From: Patescibacteria group bacterium
GTDB lineage: Bacteria; Patescibacteriota; Minisyncoccia; Phycocordibacterales; UBA918
Reading direction: 5' to 3'
DNA: 64,000 nt
NCBI GenBank assembly: GCA_019752815.1
Contig: JAIELQ010000005.1
Coordinates: forward strand, 49,625 to 113,624
The notes under the pieces are model-generated. The model was not told the DNA's origin, searched no databases, and saw only the letters and a program-made list of their open reading frames with translations. The stretch's first letter is position 1; each line of letters starts with the position of its first letter. Shown piece by piece: positions 47,784 to 57,607 of this stretch. The translations under genes and the position numbers were made by a program.

Positions 47784-48260
47784 TTGCATATGAATGATCA
47801 ACAATCCTATCTGACTGCTGAAAAGTTTGATGAGTTGAAGAAAGAGTTGGACCATTTAAAAACTGTTCGTCGCAAGGAAGTAGCTGAATCACTTGAGTAC
47901 GCACGTAGTCTCGGAGACCTCTCTGAAAACGCTGAGTACCAAGAAGCTCGCGATATGCAAGGAGCAATCGAAGAACGCATTGGTCACCTTGAAAAAGTTA
48001 TCAAAGAAGCAAAAATTGTTGCTCACGACAAAAAAGGTGACGTGATTGTACTCGGATCAACCGTGACAATCCAAAAAGATAAAGACAAAGACAGTCACAC
48101 CTACACCATCGTAGGAGCCGAAGAAGCCAACATCCACGAAAAGAAACTATCCTACCTCTCACCACTGGGTGAATCACTCATGGGGAAGATCAAGGGAGAT
48201 GAGTTCAGTTTTGAGACTCCGGCTGGGAAACAAAAGTACAAGGTCTTGAAAGTTGAGTAA
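47784..48260 (+). CDS. greA: Transcription elongation factor GreA
   Basis: LTAEKFDELKKELDHLKTVRRKEVAESLEYARSLGDLSENAEYQEARDMQ is the canonical GreA coiled coil with acidic tip residues. Confidence 0.92.
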   Translation: MHMNDQQSYLTAEKFDELKKELDHLKTVRRKEVAESLEYARSLGDLSENAEYQEARDMQGAIEERIGHLEKVIKEAKIVAHDKKGDVIVLGSTVTIQKDKDKDSHTYTIVGAEEANIHEKKLSYLSPLGESLMGKIKGDEFSFETPAGKQKYKVLKVE

Positions 48261-48264
48261 AATA

Positions 48265-48525
48265 GGGAGGGAAATCCAAAATCCATCATCTGCGTTGTTG
48301 GTTGGCAAAAAATTTTGTTCAAGGTGAGAAAGTCTGGGAGACTTTCCCAAGAGGTTGCCAGCTAGTTTGAAAAACTAGCGACAACCTGAACAGCTTCTGT
48401 AAGAAGCAGAAAGCACACCTCACAATATTTTTCACCACCCGCCTAGCAGCTGAAAGAATTTTGAACTTCCATCGACCATTTAGGTGTTTACAAAACCGAC
48501 CGCTCACGCGGTCGGTTTTTGTTAT
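48265..48525 (+). ncRNA. Candidate structured non-coding RNA (unclassified) between greA and lysS
   Basis: About 260 nt without a credible ORF. Stable hairpins (GGTTGCCAGCTAGTTT-GAAA-AACTAGCGACAACC, and CTTC-TGTAA-GAAG). Ends in the terminator CCGACCGC-TCAC-GCGGTCGG followed by TTTTTGTT at 48496..48522. Confidence 0.35.
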
Positions 48526-48583
48526 TGCTTTTGATTTCTAATCATGATAGTTTTCTGTTAGTTCTCCAGCAAAAGGAAAGACT

Positions 48584-48775
48584 ATGCTCAGATTGATCAG
48601 AAAAGTCCGGCGAGTGATTTTCCGAAATGTAATCAAAAAGTACTATAAGTATGGATTTACTCATGCTGCCGGGGTGCGAGGAAAAAAACCTTCCTCGTTC
48701 AATCACCGCTCGCTGGAACAGGCATTCCGGCGAGGAGTAAAAGAGGTAAAAAGACAACATCAACGTATGATGTAG
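48584..48775 (+). CDS. Possible small highly basic protein (63 aa)
   Basis: ORF MLRLIRKVRRVIFRNVIKKYYKYGF..., preceded by AAAGGAAAG. Arg/Lys-rich. Confidence 0.3.
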   Translation: MLRLIRKVRRVIFRNVIKKYYKYGFTHAAGVRGKKPSSFNHRSLEQAFRRGVKEVKRQHQRMM

Positions 48776-48846
48776 AAAATGTGACCGGCTCCAACGGGGC
48801 CGGCATTTACTTTGCCAAACGTACATTTAAACGCTAATATATTCAA

Positions 48847-50349
48847 ATGTCTACACACGATGATTTAATGAACGAACGCCGAAAAAAGCGCGACGCCCTA
48901 CAGGCGGCCGGGATGAACCCGTATACCGCGACGGCCAAAGCCACTCATACTAATGGGGCAGTTTTACAGAATTTTAACGAGCTCGTGGCTTCGGCCGAAT
49001 CCGTAACTCTCACTGGCCGGGTGATGGCATTGCGTCTCCATGGGGCCTTAGCGTTTGCTGACATTTTTGATGGTACTGCTCGAGTGCAAGCTATGTTCAC
49101 GAAGGAAAATGTCGGGGAGGAGCTGTTTGATTTATTTGTCGCTACTATTGATGCCGGGGACTTCATTGAAGTTACCGGGACAGCATTTATTACCAAGCGC
49201 GAAACCCAAGCTATCCAAGTTGCGACCTGGCGAGTTTTAACCAAGTCACTGGCACCAATGCCAACTGAACACTTTGGTATCAAAGATGAAGACATGCGCT
49301 ACCGCAAGCGATACCTCGACTTACTACTCGACGATGAAGCGCGTGCGCTGTTTATACAAAAAGCCAAGTTCTGGGAAGTCACGCGACGATTTATGGTTGA
49401 TCATGGTTTTCTCGAGGTAGAAACACCAACCATTGAAGTTACAACCGGTGGTGCTGAAGCTCGTCCATTTAAAACGTATCACAACGATTTTGATATGCCG
49501 GTGTTTATGCGTATCTGTATCGGAGAACTGTGGCAGAAGCGTTTGATGGCGGCTGGTTACCCAAAAACATTTGAAATTGGTCGCGCCTATCGCAATGAAG
49601 GAACGAGTCCGGAACACCTCCAAGAATTCACTAACTGCGAGTTCTATTGGGCGTATGCTGACTATCGTGACGGGATGACGTTTGTGCGTGATTTGTATCG
49701 GGCGATTGCCACCGAGGTGTTTGGTACCACCAAATTCACTATGCGTGATCATACGTTTGATTTGGCTGATGACTGGGTGGAGATTGATTATACGGAAACC
49801 ATCAGAGAAAAAACTGGCATTGATATTCATACAGCCACCGAAGCCGAGATGGAAACTAAATTGCGCGAACTGGGTGTTAAGTACGACGGTAACAATCGGG
49901 AACGATTAACAGATACACTTTGGAAATATTGTCGTAAACAAATTACTGGTCCAGCGTTCTTGATTAACCATCCAACACTAGTAGCACCGCTGGCGAAAAA
50001 GCGACCAGGTACAGATACAGTTGAAATGTTCCAGCCAATTATCGCTGGTAGTGAAGTAGGTCGTGGCTATAGTGAACTAAACGACCCCGATGATCAGCGC
50101 GCCCGATTCGAAGTACAAAAGAAACTGCTTGATGCGGGTGATGACGAGGCTATGATGGCCGATTGGGAATTTGTGGAGATGCTCGAACACGGCATGCCAC
50201 CAACCTGCGGGTTTGGATTTGGCGAACGTTTGTTTGCGTTCTTGGCAGGGAAGCCACTACGTGAAGTACAGCTATTTCCACTGATGAAACCAAAAAATGA
50301 GGCTGATAAAGATTCTGCACAGTCAGATTGTGTAGCGTGTGAAGGGTAG
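48847..50349 (+). CDS. lysS: Lysyl-tRNA synthetase, class II
   Basis: N-terminal OB domain. Class II motifs FLEVETPTIEV, FEIGRAYRNEG and the C-terminal GFGFGERL. Confidence 0.95.
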   Translation: MSTHDDLMNERRKKRDALQAAGMNPYTATAKATHTNGAVLQNFNELVASAESVTLTGRVMALRLHGALAFADIFDGTARVQAMFTKENVGEELFDLFVATIDAGDFIEVTGTAFITKRETQAIQVATWRVLTKSLAPMPTEHFGIKDEDMRYRKRYLDLLLDDEARALFIQKAKFWEVTRRFMVDHGFLEVETPTIEVTTGGAEARPFKTYHNDFDMPVFMRICIGELWQKRLMAAGYPKTFEIGRAYRNEGTSPEHLQEFTNCEFYWAYADYRDGMTFVRDLYRAIATEVFGTTKFTMRDHTFDLADDWVEIDYTETIREKTGIDIHTATEAEMETKLRELGVKYDGNNRERLTDTLWKYCRKQITGPAFLINHPTLVAPLAKKRPGTDTVEMFQPIIAGSEVGRGYSELNDPDDQRARFEVQKKLLDAGDDEAMMADWEFVEMLEHGMPPTCGFGFGERLFAFLAGKPLREVQLFPLMKPKNEADKDSAQSDCVACEG

Positions 50350-50363
50350 AAGTGAGTATGTTC

Positions 50364-50400
50364 GAAAAAAGCGCAAGGATTTACATCCTTGCGCTTTTTA
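50364..50400. terminator. Bidirectional terminator
   Basis: AAAAAAGCGCAAGGAT-TTAC-ATCCTTGCGCTTTTT. Confidence 0.75.
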
Positions 50401-50406
50401 GCTGCA

Positions 50407-51066
50407 TCAGTCACCACTGAACCAGCCGAGACGTCGACCTTCCTGTTCGCTAACCGCTTCCTTGACCTGGACTTCTTCCCGTACTAGCTGTAGGTGTGAG
50501 GGTAAAGATTTTGCAATGGCATCAAGAGCTTCATTAAGGGTGGTGAAATAGGAAGCGTTGTATTGCTGGCACCCCGTCTCATATGAGAAGGAACCGTCAC
50601 CGATATTTTTTATTTTACGCACTGGCCCATGTTCAACCACTCGATTTTCGTGTTGATTTACACTATACAGTAAAGTGCCAAGTGGATGATACTCAGGGAG
50701 AGGTTCAAACTTAGCAGCTTTAGCCATAAGGCACGCTATAACTGCATCAATGTTGAAATACTCTCGTATAAGGTCGTTCAACTGAACATCTTCGCGCCGA
50801 GTAATTGTGTCGTCAGCCATCCTCAGAGCGATTTTTTGCAGTGCATAAGCAACGGCGATACGTATGTTTTCGTTGCTTGCTAGCCAGACGTTTTTGTTAT
50901 CTCCACCTTGAAAAACTGTCAATCCAGCGATGACTGGTCCGTCGAGTTTTTCCTCGTCTTCGAATCGTAGAGAATTGATACTTATGACACTTAGTGTGTG
51001 ATTGCTATTGCAAACCACCACTGGTGTCCCGAGTAGCGGTGCAGTAGCAAGGGAAGTGAATTTCAT
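50407..51066 (-). CDS. Ntn-hydrolase, proteasome beta / HslV-like protein (possibly Anbu-type)
   Basis: Aligns by eye to HslV. GTPVVVCNSNHTLSVI corresponds to TTIVSVRRNGHVVIAG. VIAG is conserved. GDGSFSYETGCQ corresponds to GSGGPYAQAAA. No adjacent ATPase. Confidence 0.45.
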   Translation of the reverse strand: MKFTSLATAPLLGTPVVVCNSNHTLSVISINSLRFEDEEKLDGPVIAGLTVFQGGDNKNVWLASNENIRIAVAYALQKIALRMADDTITRREDVQLNDLIREYFNIDAVIACLMAKAAKFEPLPEYHPLGTLLYSVNQHENRVVEHGPVRKIKNIGDGSFSYETGCQQYNASYFTTLNEALDAIAKSLPSHLQLVREEVQVKEAVSEQEGRRLGWFSGD

Positions 51067-51360
51067 TTCCTATCTCCAGGTTTGAACTAATATCGTCTGG
51101 TTGCATAGTAGCAAAATATATTCAATTTACAATGAACGTGAATTTAAGTCGTTTTTTCAATATTGTAAGAGTTATCCACTTGAAACGTGTGCAAAAGTGC
51201 TAGGCAGTGGGATGAAGTGGTGTATAGTGTATGTGTGGTGGGAGATAGTGGTATACGAGACCGAAAGGTACCGTATGCAGGAGGGAGGTACTCTCTAAAC
51301 CTACTGGAATCACTCCACTGATTGCGGTTGGTTTAGAGGGTACCTTCAAACTATTAAGAT

Positions 51361-51795
51361 ATGTTAATTGGCGAATACAAGCACACGTTGGACCCTAAGA
51401 AAAGGCTGTCACTGCCGTCTAAATGGCGGGGTGAACTTGGGGCATCGCTTGTCGTCACACGCGGTCTTGATAATTGTCTCTTTGTATATCCGCTCCAGGA
51501 GTGGCAGAAAATCACCGACAAAATTGGTGAACTGCCACTTGGGACAGCGGACACCAGAAGTTTCAACCGATTCTTCTTATCAGGAGCAGTAGAGGTGGAG
51601 GTAGATTCAGTTGGACGTATTCTCGTGCCAGATTTTTTAAAGGAGTTTGCCAAACTCGACTCAAAGGTAGTCTTGGCTGGTATCCATAACCGAATAGAAA
51701 TTTGGGATGAGAACAAGTGGACAGAGTACAAAGCACAAATTGAACTCGAAGCAGATTCCCTCGCGGAGAAGCTTGGAACAATCGGTGTCCTCTAA
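51361..51795 (+). CDS. mraZ: Transcriptional regulator MraZ
   Basis: MLIGEYKHTLDPKKRLSLPSKWRGELG...LVVTRGLDNCLFVYP. The duplicated MraZ fold begins the dcw cluster. Confidence 0.92.
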   Translation: MLIGEYKHTLDPKKRLSLPSKWRGELGASLVVTRGLDNCLFVYPLQEWQKITDKIGELPLGTADTRSFNRFFLSGAVEVEVDSVGRILVPDFLKEFAKLDSKVVLAGIHNRIEIWDENKWTEYKAQIELEADSLAEKLGTIGVL

Positions 51796-51819
51796 GTCAC
51801 CCAACCACTCTCTATATTT

Positions 51820-52707
51820 ATGAAGCATATTTCAGTCTTGCCCCAAGAAGCAGTCGATGCACTCGCGCTTACAAAAGATGCGATTGTCGTTGATGCTACC
51901 TTGGGTGCTGGCGGACATGCACGATTGATTTTGTCAGAGCTAGGTCATAAAGGCACCTACATCGGGTTTGATGCAGATAGTACTGCCATCGAAGCTCTGC
52001 AAGATTTAAAAAAAGCCAAAGCCACGGTGCACCTGGTGCATAGCAACTTTGTGAATATTCAATCGGAATTGCAAAAGCTTCATATTGAGAGCGTAGACGC
52101 GATACTCGCTGACCTTGGTTGGCGTACAGATCAGTTTACGGATGGGGGAAAGGGGTTCTCGTTCACTTCAGATGATAGTTTGTTCATGACCTATGGTGAC
52201 CCGAGTCAGTATGCATTTACGGCCGGTGACATAGTAAATGGATGGGATGCAGATGATATCGCAAACGTCTTGTTTGGGTACGGTGAAGAACGATACTCAC
52301 GGCAAATTGCTAAAGCAATAGTCGAGTACCGTAAAAAAAATACCATCAAGACCGCTGCTGAATTGGCAGAAATAATCTTTACCTCAGTACCGATGTCGTA
52401 CCGGCATGGACGAATTCATCCCGCCACCAAATCCTTCCAAGGTTTGCGCATTGCGGTTAATGATGAATTCAAAGTTCTCGAAGATTTTTTAGCACATGCA
52501 TGGCAGTGTCTCTCGCCTAACGGGCGACTCGCCATCATCTCGTTCCATAGTCTTGAAGATCGAATTGTAAAACATACCTTTCGAAACTTAGTACAAGCTC
52601 AGTCTGGTGTCCTCATAACCAAACGACCAATTGTAGCAAGTAGTGAAGAACTAAAAGCTAATCCGCGCGCCCGCAGTGCCAAATTACGAATTATTCAGAA
52701 AATTTAG
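51820..52707 (+). CDS. rsmH: 16S rRNA (cytosine1402-N4)-methyltransferase RsmH (MraW)
   Basis: HISVLPQEAVDAL...VDATLGAGGHA SAM-binding motif and the ADLGWRTDQ..GFSF motif. Confidence 0.92.
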   Translation: MKHISVLPQEAVDALALTKDAIVVDATLGAGGHARLILSELGHKGTYIGFDADSTAIEALQDLKKAKATVHLVHSNFVNIQSELQKLHIESVDAILADLGWRTDQFTDGGKGFSFTSDDSLFMTYGDPSQYAFTAGDIVNGWDADDIANVLFGYGEERYSRQIAKAIVEYRKKNTIKTAAELAEIIFTSVPMSYRHGRIHPATKSFQGLRIAVNDEFKVLEDFLAHAWQCLSPNGRLAIISFHSLEDRIVKHTFRNLVQAQSGVLITKRPIVASSEELKANPRARSAKLRIIQKI

Positions 52708-52713
52708 TCGCCT

Positions 52714-53034
52714 ATGAAAACCATCGTCGCCATTATTAAACAACCAAGTTACGGATTCTATTTCAACGTTGGAATTATACTCTTCTTTGCCTTGGTTTTT
52801 TTGTATATGTATTTTCTGTCGATGTCGGTAGTGCACGTGGTGTTGCGCAAAGAAGTCATCCAAAAGGTAGGAACCGTTGAGTCAGATATTGCCATGCTCG
52901 AAGCCTCGTATATTGATGCGCAACATAAAGTTAGTAACAAAATTGCAGCCTTAGAAAACTTTACTGAAACCGAAGCCAAGATTTTTGTCAGCCGAACGGA
53001 ATCAACCTTGGTATTGTCTGACACAGCACGGTAA
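52714..53034 (+). CDS. ftsL: FtsL-like cell division membrane protein
   Basis: 106-aa single-TM protein between rsmH and ftsI. Call is by synteny. Confidence 0.55.
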   Translation: MKTIVAIIKQPSYGFYFNVGIILFFALVFLYMYFLSMSVVHVVLRKEVIQKVGTVESDIAMLEASYIDAQHKVSNKIAALENFTETEAKIFVSRTESTLVLSDTAR

Positions 53035-53038
53035 AACT

Positions 53039-54754
53039 ATGCGGAAAACAACCAATCTCCGTATTCGAATAATTTCCGCCTTCATTTTTTTTATTGGTTT
53101 TTTGTTAATTGTTCGCTTGTATCAAATTCAAATTCAGCAAGCCAGTGCCTATCAAGAAAAAGCTGAGCGTCAGTACGTACACACCGCTAAAGATGTGTAC
53201 AATCGTGGCAGTATTTATTTTACAACTAAAGACGGTGAAAAGGTGTCAGCCGCCTCAATCACCTCGGGCTATTTGCTCGCGGTTAATCCATCTCTGATTA
53301 CAAATCCAGACGAGGTCTATGAGAAACTAAGTCTCTTTACCACCCTTTCACGCGAAGAGTTTGTTGAAAAAGCTACTCTGCCAAACCGCACCTACGTAGA
53401 GATTGAGCCAAAACTAGATGAAGAAACGTATAAAAAGATTTCTGAATTGGATGTAAAAGGCGTGATGTTATACCGCAATCAGTGGCGCTATTATCCTGGA
53501 GATGCTGTATCAGCCCGTACGATTGGGTTTGTTGGATTTGGCAGTGATGATGGGCAGTTGCGGGGTAAGTACGGACTTGAGCGCTACTATGACGAAACAT
53601 TGTATCGCGATAACACCATTTTATCGGTAAACTTTTTTGCGGAGATTTTTTCGAACCTGGGTAGTTTAGTATTTGAAGATGAGACTAAAAAGAGCGGTAG
53701 TGTGGTCACGACTATTGAGCCGACTGTAGCCCGTATGCTCGATCGTATTTTGCAGGAAACCCAAGAGCAATACCAGAGTAAGCTAAGCGGCGGAATTATT
53801 ATGGATCCAAAAACCGGAGCAATATACGCAATGAATGCGATACCTACGTTTGACTTAAATTCTCGTGGTACTACGTCAATTGAACAATTTGAAAATCCGT
53901 TAGTGGAGGATGTATACGAAATGGGTTCAATCATTAAGGCACTTACGATCGCTGCGGGACTCGATAGTAAAGTTATCACACCTGAATCAACCTACTACGA
54001 TGCAGGTTTTCTTGAACTTAACTCAAAAACAATTAAAAACTTTGACGGCAAGGGTCGCGGTACGGTATCTATGCAGGAAGTAATTAATCAGTCCCTTAAC
54101 ACTGGAGTGTCACACATTGTGAAGTTAATGGGTAAGGACAAATTTCGAACGTATTTCGAAGGCCTCAAATTAGGTAGTGAAACCGGCATTGATTTACCGA
54201 GCGAGGCGCAGGGTTTGATGCAGAACTTGAAGTCTCCGCGCGACGTAGAATATGCGACCGCATCGTTTGGACAGGGGATTGCGATGACGCCGGTTGCGAC
54301 CGCGCGAGCACTCGCTACCTTGGGTAACGGTGGACATTTGGTTACACCCCATATTGTAAAAGAAATTGAATATGATGACGGTACGAAAAAAGAAGTCGCC
54401 TACCCAAATGGTGCACAGGTATTTACACCTGAAACTAGTGAGACTGTCTCACGAATGTTGACCAATGTAGTAGATGATGCCTTGCGTGGTGGTAAAGTCG
54501 CTTTGCCTCATCACAGCATTGCTGCCAAAACGGGTACCGCTCAAATGGCTAATCCTAATGGAGGAGGGTATTACGAGGATCGCTACCTCCACTCTTTCTT
54601 TGGATATTTTCCATCGTATGATCCAAAATTTATTGTGTTCCTATATACGGTAGACCCGCGTGGAGTGCAGTATGCGTCAGAAACATTGACTGAGCCATTT
54701 ATGGATATTACAAAGTTTCTCATCAATTACTATTCCATCCCCCCAGACCGATGA
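53039..54754 (+). CDS. ftsI: Penicillin-binding protein, FtsI/PBP3-like transpeptidase
   Basis: ORF 52985..54754. The likely start is the Met at 53039 (MRKTTNLRIRIISAFIFFIGF TM helix). SxxK (GSIIKALT), SxN (SLNTG) and KTG (KTGTAQ). Confidence 0.88.
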   Translation: MRKTTNLRIRIISAFIFFIGFLLIVRLYQIQIQQASAYQEKAERQYVHTAKDVYNRGSIYFTTKDGEKVSAASITSGYLLAVNPSLITNPDEVYEKLSLFTTLSREEFVEKATLPNRTYVEIEPKLDEETYKKISELDVKGVMLYRNQWRYYPGDAVSARTIGFVGFGSDDGQLRGKYGLERYYDETLYRDNTILSVNFFAEIFSNLGSLVFEDETKKSGSVVTTIEPTVARMLDRILQETQEQYQSKLSGGIIMDPKTGAIYAMNAIPTFDLNSRGTTSIEQFENPLVEDVYEMGSIIKALTIAAGLDSKVITPESTYYDAGFLELNSKTIKNFDGKGRGTVSMQEVINQSLNTGVSHIVKLMGKDKFRTYFEGLKLGSETGIDLPSEAQGLMQNLKSPRDVEYATASFGQGIAMTPVATARALATLGNGGHLVTPHIVKEIEYDDGTKKEVAYPNGAQVFTPETSETVSRMLTNVVDDALRGGKVALPHHSIAAKTGTAQMANPNGGGYYEDRYLHSFFGYFPSYDPKFIVFLYTVDPRGVQYASETLTEPFMDITKFLINYYSIPPDR

Positions 54755-54780
54755 TTTGCGCTTGATCACACGCATCTGCT

Positions 54781-54865
54781 GCGTTGTTGCGGGTAATTTT
54801 TTCAGTCAACGTACATTTAGGTACGCCTCCCGAAAAAATTACCCGCACGCCTTGCATCTGCATGC
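54781..54865 (+). repeat. Structured intergenic repeat, copy 5
   Basis: GCGTTGTTGCGGGTAATTTTTT..hairpin CGTAC/GTACG..AAAAAATTACCCGCACGCCTTGCA. The outer stem is a perfect 15-bp pairing. Confidence 0.7.
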
Positions 54866-55028
54866 GCTGAAACACAAATCATGAATTTAAGAGGATTTGG
54901 TTATATCAATAAAGCTAAATAGATTCATAAGTTGTGTCTTTGCGAGGAGTTCACGACGAAGCAATCCACGTCTTCATAAAAGATGTTAGAATATCTACAT
55001 TAAGTTTATATAAACAAACCTATTCGAC

Positions 55029-56318
55029 ATGAAAAACGTGCTTAAAAAAGTGGTGGTGGCGGTGCTGACGTTTGAGGCAAAGGTGCTACTAAAACGTACT
55101 AAGCCGACGATTATTGCGATTACAGGAAGTGTGGGGAAGACGTCGACCAAGGATGCTATTTTTACCGTTCTCAAAAACCATAAAAAAACGCGCAAGAGTC
55201 AAAAAAGTTTTAACTCTGAAATCGGGGTGCCACTCTCAATTCTCGGACTACCAAATGGTTGGGATAATCCGTTCACGTGGTTTAAAAATTTCTTTGATGG
55301 TTTTATAATTGCGTTCTTTAGTCGTAACTATCCCGAGGTGCTGGTACTTGAATGTGGTGTTGATCGGCCGGGCGACATGGCGAATCTCACAAAATGGATG
55401 AAGCCAGATATTGTGGTGATGACGAGGTTGCCCGACGTGCCCGCGCACGTGGAATATTTTGTGACGCCCGAAGCGGTGGTGGCCGAGAAAATGGAGCTTT
55501 TAAAGGCCTTAAAACCCGATGGAGTATTTGTGTACAATCACGATGATATGAAGCTCCAGGAGGCTGTAGCGGGCGTCAGACAACAAGCTATCGGCTTTGC
55601 CCGGTATCTCCCAACTCATTACATGGCGTCGGCTGATGCCATTGTGTACCATAACGACGAACCGGTCGGTTCAACCTTTACATTGACCCATCTTGACGAG
55701 AAAACCCCAATCAAGGTCATGGGTTCAATTGGTATGCAAAATGCCTATGTGGTAGCGGCTGCAGCCGCGGTAGCAGCGCAATTTGATATTAGTCTTGAGT
55801 CGGTGGCTACCGCGATGCTTGAACACACGGCACCATCAGGGCGCATGCGCATGATACCGGGGATCAAGGGGACACTCATTATTGACGATACTTATAACTC
55901 CTCACCAGTGGCCGCTGAAGCAGCACTTACGTCACTATCTGAGATTCGTGGGGCTAAGCGTAAAATTGCTATTTTGGGTGATATGCTTGAGCTGGGGCAA
56001 TTTTCATCACGGGCTCATGAAAAACTAGGGGAGCAAGTACCAAAATGCGCTGATGTGTTATTTACTGTTGGTGTCCGGGCACGAAAAATTGCCGAGACTG
56101 CCGTTGAGTTTGGGATGCATGAAAAATTTGTGTTTCAGTATGACGATGCGATTCGTGCTGGTAGGGAACTACAAAACTTTATCCAGCCTGGTGATGTCAT
56201 TTTAATAAAAGCCTCCCAAGGGATTCGAGCCGAAAAAATTGTCGAAGAAATAATGGCCCATCCTGAACAAGCTGCTACGCTCCTGGTGCGGCAGGATTCA
56301 TCCTGGAAAACAAGATAA
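55029..56318 (+). CDS. murF: Mur ligase family protein, most likely MurF
   Basis: P-loop IIAITGSVGKTSTKDAI. Mur ligase middle and C-terminal domains. 429 aa. Position is after ftsI. Confidence 0.75.
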   Translation: MKNVLKKVVVAVLTFEAKVLLKRTKPTIIAITGSVGKTSTKDAIFTVLKNHKKTRKSQKSFNSEIGVPLSILGLPNGWDNPFTWFKNFFDGFIIAFFSRNYPEVLVLECGVDRPGDMANLTKWMKPDIVVMTRLPDVPAHVEYFVTPEAVVAEKMELLKALKPDGVFVYNHDDMKLQEAVAGVRQQAIGFARYLPTHYMASADAIVYHNDEPVGSTFTLTHLDEKTPIKVMGSIGMQNAYVVAAAAAVAAQFDISLESVATAMLEHTAPSGRMRMIPGIKGTLIIDDTYNSSPVAAEAALTSLSEIRGAKRKIAILGDMLELGQFSSRAHEKLGEQVPKCADVLFTVGVRARKIAETAVEFGMHEKFVFQYDDAIRAGRELQNFIQPGDVILIKASQGIRAEKIVEEIMAHPEQAATLLVRQDSSWKTR

Positions 56319-56406
56319 AATATTTCCAAAATTTCGACAATAAACTTCAAAAAACTAGGTTTTATATACCTAGTTTTTTCGTTAAAATATGATATAATGT
56401 AATTAT

Positions 56407-57282
56407 ATGAATAAATATATAGTTTCATTAATGGTTGTACCGGCACTATTTTTGGCTCTTGCGACACCCGCACTAGCCAATAGTCAGGTGAAATATTATC
56501 AAACTAACTACCAAACGAACTCAAGTTCACAACAGCAACAAATTGCACAGCTCTATGCATTAATCGCTCAGTTACAAGCTCAACTCGCAGCACTACAAAT
56601 CTACAATCCAGGGTACCCCACATACAATAACGGTAGTTACCAAAATTCAAACGAGATTACTCGCGTTACGACTGGCACTGTTGAAGGTGATGGGGATGAT
56701 GCGGTTCGGATGGAAGGCTCAGTAACTTTTAGACGAGATTCTGAAGCCCGTGTCTGGTTCGAATACGGCACTAGCAATAAACTGTCATACAGTACTCAGT
56801 CAATCGAGATTGATGGAGACAGTGGTGATACTGAAGATTTCGAAATTACGGCCACTGATTTAGATGACAATGATGTCTACTACTACCGTGCAGTAGCTGA
56901 AGATGACGATGGACGTTATGTCGAAGGAGTAGTGCGATCATTCCGTTTTGACGGCCGAAATGACGATGACGATGATGACGACGATTATTACGATGATGAC
57001 TCTGATGATGGTGATTGGTCTCTTGAAGTAGAAGATGATTATTACGAAACTGGTGATACAATCCGTGTTGATTACGAGGTAGAAGATGAAGACGACAATA
57101 ACTGGATTGGTCTCTACGAAGTGGGTGACAGTGACTCAAACTACGTTTCATTCAAGTACGTACGAGATGAAGAAGGGTATGTAACATTCCGGATTAACCG
57201 AGAAGGTGAATACGAATTCCGCCTCTTTGACGAAGATAATGATGAACAAGCTACCAGTGACGAATTTGAAGTTGAGGATTAA
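56407..57282 (+). CDS. Secreted acidic protein with a Gln-rich coiled coil
   Basis: Signal peptide MNKYIVSLMVVPALFLALATPALA. QQQQIAQLYALIAQLQAQLAALQ. Long Asp/Glu-rich C-terminal half. Confidence 0.55.
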   Translation: MNKYIVSLMVVPALFLALATPALANSQVKYYQTNYQTNSSSQQQQIAQLYALIAQLQAQLAALQIYNPGYPTYNNGSYQNSNEITRVTTGTVEGDGDDAVRMEGSVTFRRDSEARVWFEYGTSNKLSYSTQSIEIDGDSGDTEDFEITATDLDDNDVYYYRAVAEDDDGRYVEGVVRSFRFDGRNDDDDDDDDYYDDDSDDGDWSLEVEDDYYETGDTIRVDYEVEDEDDNNWIGLYEVGDSDSNYVSFKYVRDEEGYVTFRINREGEYEFRLFDEDNDEQATSDEFEVED

Positions 57283-57302
57283 TCACTACTTCACACCACT
57301 AA

Positions 57303-57328
57303 AAAAGCGGGCACAGGCTCGCTTTTTT
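57303..57328 (+). terminator. Rho-independent terminator (+ gene)
   Basis: AAGCGGGCACAGGCTCGCTTTTTT. Confidence 0.7.
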
Positions 57329-57344
57329 AGTTGGTAACGTAAAA

Positions 57345-57372
57345 GGTCCTGTTGCTTGCGCAACAGGACCTG
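57345..57372 (-). terminator. Rho-independent terminator (minus gene 57608..58669)
   Basis: Perfect palindrome GGTCCTGTTGC-TTGC-GCAACAGGACC with TTTTAC on the minus strand. Confidence 0.7.
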
Positions 57373-57607
57373 CTCGTCTTGTCCTCTTTTTCCTACCGTA
57401 CATGAAGCTCATTGTGAGCCCTTCCCAGGTAGTTTTTAATCCTTCACATGAAAGGACCAGAGTTACGTTACGGACTGAGCTTTGTCCGGGATTGTTCTAC
57501 CGCAGAAGGGTTCAGGAGCATCGGCAGAACTCATAGCTTTTACCATAGCTGTCGGATGTGCTCCTTCGTACTGCCAATAAAGTATCATTATTTTAAAAAA
57601 TGTCAAG

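Noticed and set aside
48265-48525. Assignment as RNase P RNA, SRP RNA or tmRNA
   Set aside because: A short GAAAGUCUGGG segment resembles RNase P P4, but the locus is about 100 nt too short and lacks the other conserved regions. There is no SRP domain IV motif and no tRNA-like ends for tmRNA. Left as an unclassified candidate ncRNA.
52985-53038. Upstream extension of ftsI that overlaps ftsL
   Set aside because: The Met at 53039 begins the expected TM anchor and avoids the 50-nt overlap. The listed start is probably an ORF-caller artefact.
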